Assembly: GCA_016192455.1 (NCBI GenBank)
Contig: JACPUC010000004.1
Span: 1-62,663 of the forward strand
From: Candidatus Tectimicrobiota bacterium
GTDB lineage: Bacteria > JACPUC01
Direction: 5' to 3'
Length of the DNA: 62,663 nucleotides
Below, in pieces: positions 57,944 through 62,663 of the stretch. Each line of letters opens with the position of its first letter. Within the stretch, counting starts at the first letter, position 1. The notes beneath the pieces are model-generated. The model worked only from the letters and a program-made list of their open reading frames with translations, was not told the DNA's origin and ran no database searches. Both the position numbers and the translations under genes were made by a program.

Positions 57944-60262
57944 GTGGAGAGCGCAATCGAGAGCAGCGCGCAGAAGGGCGTCATAGGGAGCCGTGTGGGT
58001 CGCCTGACGGATGGCTACGAGAAGGTGACCGGCGTGGCCCGCTACGGCGCCGACATCGAGCACGCGAACTGTCTCGCCGGCATGGTCCTGCGCTCCGAGC
58101 ACCCGCACGCGCGTCTGCGCTCCATCGACACGAGGCGCGCCGAGGCGCTGCCGGGGGTGAAGGCGGTGATCACGGCGGCTGACGCTCCCCAGGTGCTGCA
58201 CGGCTTCACCGTCCACGACCAGACGATCATCGCCCGGGAACGGGTGCGCTACGTCGGCGAGCCGGTCGCCGCGGTGGCCGCCGTCGACAAGGCGACCGCG
58301 AGTGAAGCCCTGCGCCTCATCAGGGTGGAGTACGAGCCGCTGCCGGCCGTCTTCACTCCCCACGATGCCCTGCGTTCCGACGCCCCCCTCCTGCACCCGA
58401 ACTTCGCCGCCTACGAGAGCAAGGTGCCCCTGAACCGCTACGGCAACGTCTGCTGCCACGCCAAGATCACCAACGGCGAGGTGGCGCGCGGCTTCGACCG
58501 CAGCGCCGTGATCATCGAGAACACCTTCAAGACGCCGCACGTGCATTTCGGCTACATCGAGCCGCATGCGGTCTCCGCCGCCGTCGATGGCCGGGGCTTC
58601 CTGACGGTCTGGACCAGCACCCAGGCCCCCTTCGTCGCCCGCGCCGCGCTCTCCCACACGCTGAAGCTGCCGATGCACCAGGTGCGGGTGATCGGCACCG
58701 CGATCGGCGGCGGCTTCGGCGGCAAGGTCGAGCTGCTCGACGAGCCGCTCGCGGCGCTGCTGGCCATCAAGGCCCGCCGAGCGGTGCGCATCGAGATGAG
58801 CATGCTGGAGGATTTCCACGTGGCCCAGGCCCGCCACGCCTCGGAGATCACCCTGAAGGCCGGCATCAGCAGCGATGGCATGCTGCAGGCCTTCGAGGGG
58901 ACGGTGATCATGGACACCGGCGCTTACGCCGGCTTCGGGCCGCATACGACCTCCCAGGCCATGGTGCTCCTCGGCAGCCCCTACCGGGTGCCGCACCTCC
59001 GCTTCGAAGGCTTCGCGGTGCTGACGAACAAGCTCAACTGCGGCGCGCTGCGGGCGCCGGGAGGGCCGCAGGCGGCCCTGGCGTGCGAATCCACCATCGA
59101 CATGCTGGCCGAGAAGATCGGCATGGACCCCTTCGAGGTGCGCCTGAAGAACGCCAAGCGCAGCGGCGATACCACGCCCACGGGGTGCGAGCTGCGCGCC
59201 GTGGCGCTCGAGCAGACGCTGCGGGCGGCGGCGGAGCGCTTCGACTGGCGGCGTGCGGTGCAGCGCCCGAGCAACGGCAAGCTGCGCGGCAAGGGGATGG
59301 CGTGCGGCATCTGGGGCGGCAGCGGCTACGGCGCCGGGGCGACGGTGCGCGTCAACGAGGACGGCACCGCCACGGTCTTCACCGGCGCGGTGGAGACCGG
59401 CGCCGGCTCGACCATCGTGGCGACGCAGATCGTGGCGGAGGAGCTTGGGCTGGGGGTCGAGGATGTGCACGTCGTCTGCGGCGATACCGAATCGACGCCG
59501 TTCGACATGGGGGCCATCGGCAGCCGCACCACCGTCTCGACCGGTCAGGCGCTGCGCCAGGCGGCGGTGGACGCGAAGCGGAAGATTCTCCAGGAAGCCG
59601 CCGAGCAGCTCGAGACGCGCCTCGACGACCTGGAGCTGCGCGGCAGGCAGGTCCTGGTCAAAGGGGTGCCGTCGCGGGCCGTGCCGCTGCGCGAGATCAC
59701 CACGACGCTCACCATGAAGCACGGCGGACCGGTCATGGGGCTGGGGGCGTGCGTCATGGAGCTGCCCGGCTTCGACGCCGCCACGTATGAAAGCCACACC
59801 CTGCCCTCGAAGCCGTGGTTCACCTTCGGCACCCAGATGGTCGAGGTGGAGGTTGACCCCGCCTCCGGCGACGTGGAGATCATCCGCTTCGTGGCGGCGC
59901 ACGACGTCGGTCGCGCCATCAACCCCGTGGGCATCGAGGGGCAGATTCACGGCGCCGTCACCCTGGCCCTGGGGCAGGCGTTCTCGGAACAGCTCGTCTT
60001 TCAACAAGGCCGGCTGATGAACCCGAACTTCCTCGATTACCGCATGCCGACGGCACTCGAGACGCCGCACATTGAAACGATCATCATCGAAGCTGCCGAC
60101 GAGGAGTCGGCGTACGGCGTCAAAGGGGTCGGCGAACCGCCGGTGCCGCCGGTGATTCCGGCCATCGCCAACGCCATTTACAACGCCACGGGAGCCCGCA
60201 TCCTCGAGCTTCCCCTGTCGCCCGAGCGCGTCTGGCTGGCGCTGCAAAAGGTGGCGCGCTGA
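57944..60262 (+). CDS. Xanthine dehydrogenase-family molybdopterin-binding subunit
   Basis: GGGFGGK, ALRAPG, GSRTT, AHDVGRAINP, KGVGE. Confidence 0.95.
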   Translation: MESAIESSAQKGVIGSRVGRLTDGYEKVTGVARYGADIEHANCLAGMVLRSEHPHARLRSIDTRRAEALPGVKAVITAADAPQVLHGFTVHDQTIIARERVRYVGEPVAAVAAVDKATASEALRLIRVEYEPLPAVFTPHDALRSDAPLLHPNFAAYESKVPLNRYGNVCCHAKITNGEVARGFDRSAVIIENTFKTPHVHFGYIEPHAVSAAVDGRGFLTVWTSTQAPFVARAALSHTLKLPMHQVRVIGTAIGGGFGGKVELLDEPLAALLAIKARRAVRIEMSMLEDFHVAQARHASEITLKAGISSDGMLQAFEGTVIMDTGAYAGFGPHTTSQAMVLLGSPYRVPHLRFEGFAVLTNKLNCGALRAPGGPQAALACESTIDMLAEKIGMDPFEVRLKNAKRSGDTTPTGCELRAVALEQTLRAAAERFDWRRAVQRPSNGKLRGKGMACGIWGGSGYGAGATVRVNEDGTATVFTGAVETGAGSTIVATQIVAEELGLGVEDVHVVCGDTESTPFDMGAIGSRTTVSTGQALRQAAVDAKRKILQEAAEQLETRLDDLELRGRQVLVKGVPSRAVPLREITTTLTMKHGGPVMGLGACVMELPGFDAATYESHTLPSKPWFTFGTQMVEVEVDPASGDVEIIRFVAAHDVGRAINPVGIEGQIHGAVTLALGQAFSEQLVFQQGRLMNPNFLDYRMPTALETPHIETIIIEAADEESAYGVKGVGEPPVPPVIPAIANAIYNATGARILELPLSPERVWLALQKVAR

Positions 60263-60527
60263 GCCGCCGCCGCGCCGGCGCCCGACGCTGCGCAACGCGA
60301 CCGCGAGCGCGCCGCCATCCCAGGCAGCGGCGCGGCGCCTGGTGCTCTTCTTTTTCTTTGGCTGAAGGTCTTCCAGGAGGCTATAATTCCTTCCACACCC
60401 CCGGCGTTCGTGACGAGGCAACGGAATTGACTGTGAACCGCCGTCATGGTACGTTCCAGCCCAGGGAGCATGGAGTATGAGCCCGTGAGGGCTGCGCGTC
60501 GTCTCTTCACCCTGTTTCACCAGACAG

Positions 60528-61121
60528 ATGGCCGAGGCGAGCTTTTCGGATCAAGAGTTGCTGCGTGAGTGCTTACGCGGTAACCGGATCGCGTGGGATT
60601 ACCTTGTTCGCAAGTACGCCGGCCTGATCTACCGCACCATCGACCAGACGCTCCGCAGCAGCAACTGCTTCCACGCCACGGATGATCTCCCCGACCTCCT
60701 CAACAGCGTGCTCCTGTCGCTCTTCGATAACGACTGCAAGAAGCTGCGTCAATTTCGCGGCAAGAATGGCTGCAGCCTGGCGAGCTGGATCCGCATCGTC
60801 ACGGTTCGCTACACCATCGACCAGATGCGCAAGTTCCGGGAGACGGAGGCCCTCCAGGAGCACGACTCCGTCACGCACCACTCTCCCGAAGACAAGGTGA
60901 ATCAAGCTGAGCAGCGGGAGATGCTCCGCCGTCTCATGGGCAAGTTGACGGTGAAGGAGCAGCTCTTCGTGCACTACTACTACGACCAGGAGCTGCCGCC
61001 CGAGGAGGTGGCGACGGCGATGAACCTGCTGGTCGGGACGGTCTACAGCATGAAGAACCGCGTGCGCGAGAAGCTGAAGCGCATCATCCACGAGCACGAT
61101 TACGTGAAAGAAAAGACTTGA
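60528..61121 (+). CDS. ECF-type RNA polymerase sigma factor
   Basis: SDQELL...AWDYLV.KY, SLASWI region 2, region 4 EEVA..M....GTVYS...R. Confidence 0.9.
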   Translation: MAEASFSDQELLRECLRGNRIAWDYLVRKYAGLIYRTIDQTLRSSNCFHATDDLPDLLNSVLLSLFDNDCKKLRQFRGKNGCSLASWIRIVTVRYTIDQMRKFRETEALQEHDSVTHHSPEDKVNQAEQREMLRRLMGKLTVKEQLFVHYYYDQELPPEEVATAMNLLVGTVYSMKNRVREKLKRIIHEHDYVKEKT

Positions 61122-61227
61122 AGCGCCGTCTATAGGAGTGGGAGCGGAGAGCCCCCTGGTGAGCAAGTGTGGGGTGCGTCACGCGGTGACGTGGAAGGGG
61201 ATTGCTTGAGGGGGAGACGGTAGGGAC

Positions 61228-61953
61228 ATGGAAGGGCTGCCGGATAACGTCGATGAAGCGATCCGGTCCAGCTTGCGGCTCCTAGCGAAGGTCGAGGTCG
61301 CCATTGATCACGGCGCCTGTCTCGACGAGGAGCAGCTTGCAAGCTATGTGGAGGGACGGCTAGGGAGCCGCGGCGCCGAGCAGGTCGAGCGGCATCTCTT
61401 GAAGTGCGCCCGCTGCCGTGACACGGTGATTCTCAGTCACCGCGTCAACGCCCTCCTTGGCGAGGCGGAGTTCACCTCCGTACCCGACGAGGTGCTGCAT
61501 CGCCTGCACAGCCTCGCGCCGAGCCGGCGGCGAGGCCTGAGGAAGCAGCTCGCCGCAACCTGGACAGGCCTGGCGCAGAACCTGCGCGCCTGGGGCGAGG
61601 CCCTTTTCTTTTGGAATCTGCAGCCGGCCACCATGCGCGGCGGCGGCGTGGAACACGCGCCCGGCCTCCTCACGATCACCCGCACCTTCCGCACCTTCAA
61701 AGCCGTCATCCGCATTGAGTGCTTGAATGAAAACCTCTGCGAGGTTAAGGTGCAGGTGCTGGACCGCGCCGATCGCCCCATGAACAGTGGGGTGCGCGTC
61801 AGCCTCATTGCAGGCCAGCGGGAGCTGGCGTCCTACACCGCCGAACACGGTGAAGTCCTCTTTGAGGAAGTGTGGGCCGGCACGTATCTCATCCGCATCA
61901 CCAACCGTAAGCTCGAACGGAGTGAGATCCCGCTCCACATCAAGGGAGAGTAA
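61228..61953 (+). CDS. Soluble zinc-finger (zf-HC2) anti-sigma factor
   Basis: CLDEEQLASYVEG...VERHLLKCARC (HxxxCxxC); no long TM segment; beta-rich C-terminus. Confidence 0.82.
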   Translation: MEGLPDNVDEAIRSSLRLLAKVEVAIDHGACLDEEQLASYVEGRLGSRGAEQVERHLLKCARCRDTVILSHRVNALLGEAEFTSVPDEVLHRLHSLAPSRRRGLRKQLAATWTGLAQNLRAWGEALFFWNLQPATMRGGGVEHAPGLLTITRTFRTFKAVIRIECLNENLCEVKVQVLDRADRPMNSGVRVSLIAGQRELASYTAEHGEVLFEEVWAGTYLIRITNRKLERSEIPLHIKGE

Positions 61954-61955
61954 CC

Positions 61956-62663
61956 ATGGTGGAGCCTCGCGACCAGAATGAGCCGGCTGCGCAGGCCGAC
62001 GATCAGGCTGCCGGGAAGGAGCCGGGTCGCGGCGGCGAGCCGGCCATGAGCGGCAGTATCGAAGCGCTCCTGAAGGAACGGATGCGCCTCGACGAGGAGC
62101 TCTCCCGCACCTACAGCCGGCGCATCACCGTGATGTTCACCGACATCAAGGGCTCCACCTCCTTCTTCGAGCGCCGCGGCGACATCGAGGGCCGCATCAT
62201 GGTGGAGCGGCACAACTCCCTCCTCTTTCCCATCATCGAGGCGCACGGCGGCGCCGTCATCAAGACCATCGGCGACGCCATCATGGCGAAGTTCGAGCAG
62301 GCCGAGCAGGCGGTGCTCGCCGCCATGGCCATGCAGCGGCGCCTGGCGGAGGATAACCGGCAGCGCGAGACGCGCGACCAGATCCACATCCGCGTCGGCG
62401 TCAACACCGGCCTCGGCATCGTCGAGAAGAACGACGTCTTCGGCGACGTGGTGAACGTCGCGGCGCGCGTCGAATCCCTCTGCGACCCGGACCAGATCCT
62501 CTTGAGCGCCGCGACCTTTGCCGAGGTGCGCAACTCCGAGGACATCATCTGCCGGGCGCACAAGGAAGCCACCGTGCGCGGCAAGGAGGAGGCGCTGAAG
62601 GTCTACCGGGTGCTCTGGGCGCCGGAGGAGGAGCTCCTGGTCACCAGCGAGCGGACGCGCGGC
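61956..62663 (+). CDS. Class III adenylate/guanylate cyclase domain protein (partial, continues past the window)
   Basis: TVMFTDIKGST, IKTIGDAIMA, IRVGVNTG, DVFGDVVNVAARVE, VRGK; starts 2 bp after the anti-sigma stop. Not in the ORF track because no stop falls inside the window. Confidence 0.92.
   Translation, partial: MVEPRDQNEPAAQADDQAAGKEPGRGGEPAMSGSIEALLKERMRLDEELSRTYSRRITVMFTDIKGSTSFFERRGDIEGRIMVERHNSLLFPIIEAHGGAVIKTIGDAIMAKFEQAEQAVLAAMAMQRRLAEDNRQRETRDQIHIRVGVNTGLGIVEKNDVFGDVVNVAARVESLCDPDQILLSAATFAEVRNSEDIICRAHKEATVRGKEEALKVYRVLWAPEEELLVTSERTRG

Noticed and set aside
57944-60262. Aerobic CO dehydrogenase CoxL
   Set aside because: Lacks AYxCSFR (form I) and AYRGAGR (form II).

Overview
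This GC-rich bacterial chromosomal window (lineage not determinable from sequence alone) is densely coding. It contains an hrcA-grpE heat-shock locus without dnaK/dnaJ, followed by a broken prmA/rsmE remnant and an IS630 end. Catabolic and redox genes are abundant: two UbiD decarboxylases, amidohydrolases, an MDR dehydrogenase, a thioesterase, an LLM oxidoreductase, a DMSO-reductase-family molybdoenzyme, a xanthine dehydrogenase-like M-S-L trio and malic enzyme. There are also transporters, a 1280-aa cohesin/Ig-repeat surface protein, an XRE/IrrE-like regulatory pair, and an ECF sigma/anti-sigma/class III cyclase module cut by the window end. Three lower-GC insertions occur: about 10.1-14.1 kb (bounded by a tRNA-like 3' end and a GTTCAAGT repeat), about 18.2-20.0 kb (ATPase-TOPRIM gene) and about 30.9-31.8 kb (RAYT carrying its own REP). 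The best leads are (1) a ~105-aa C-terminal domain shared by two otherwise unrelated secreted proteins, a candidate sorting or anchoring module; (2) an IrrE/ImmA-like peptidase with reciprocally swapped metal ligands next to an XRE repressor and operator; (3) a rhodanese-MoeB gene with an in-frame UGA at a conserved Cys plus a SECIS-like hairpin; and (4) a hybrid att site showing an island inserted in an operon. Several frameshifts and deletions may be assembly errors. All family assignments come from motif recognition by eye; no database searches were run.
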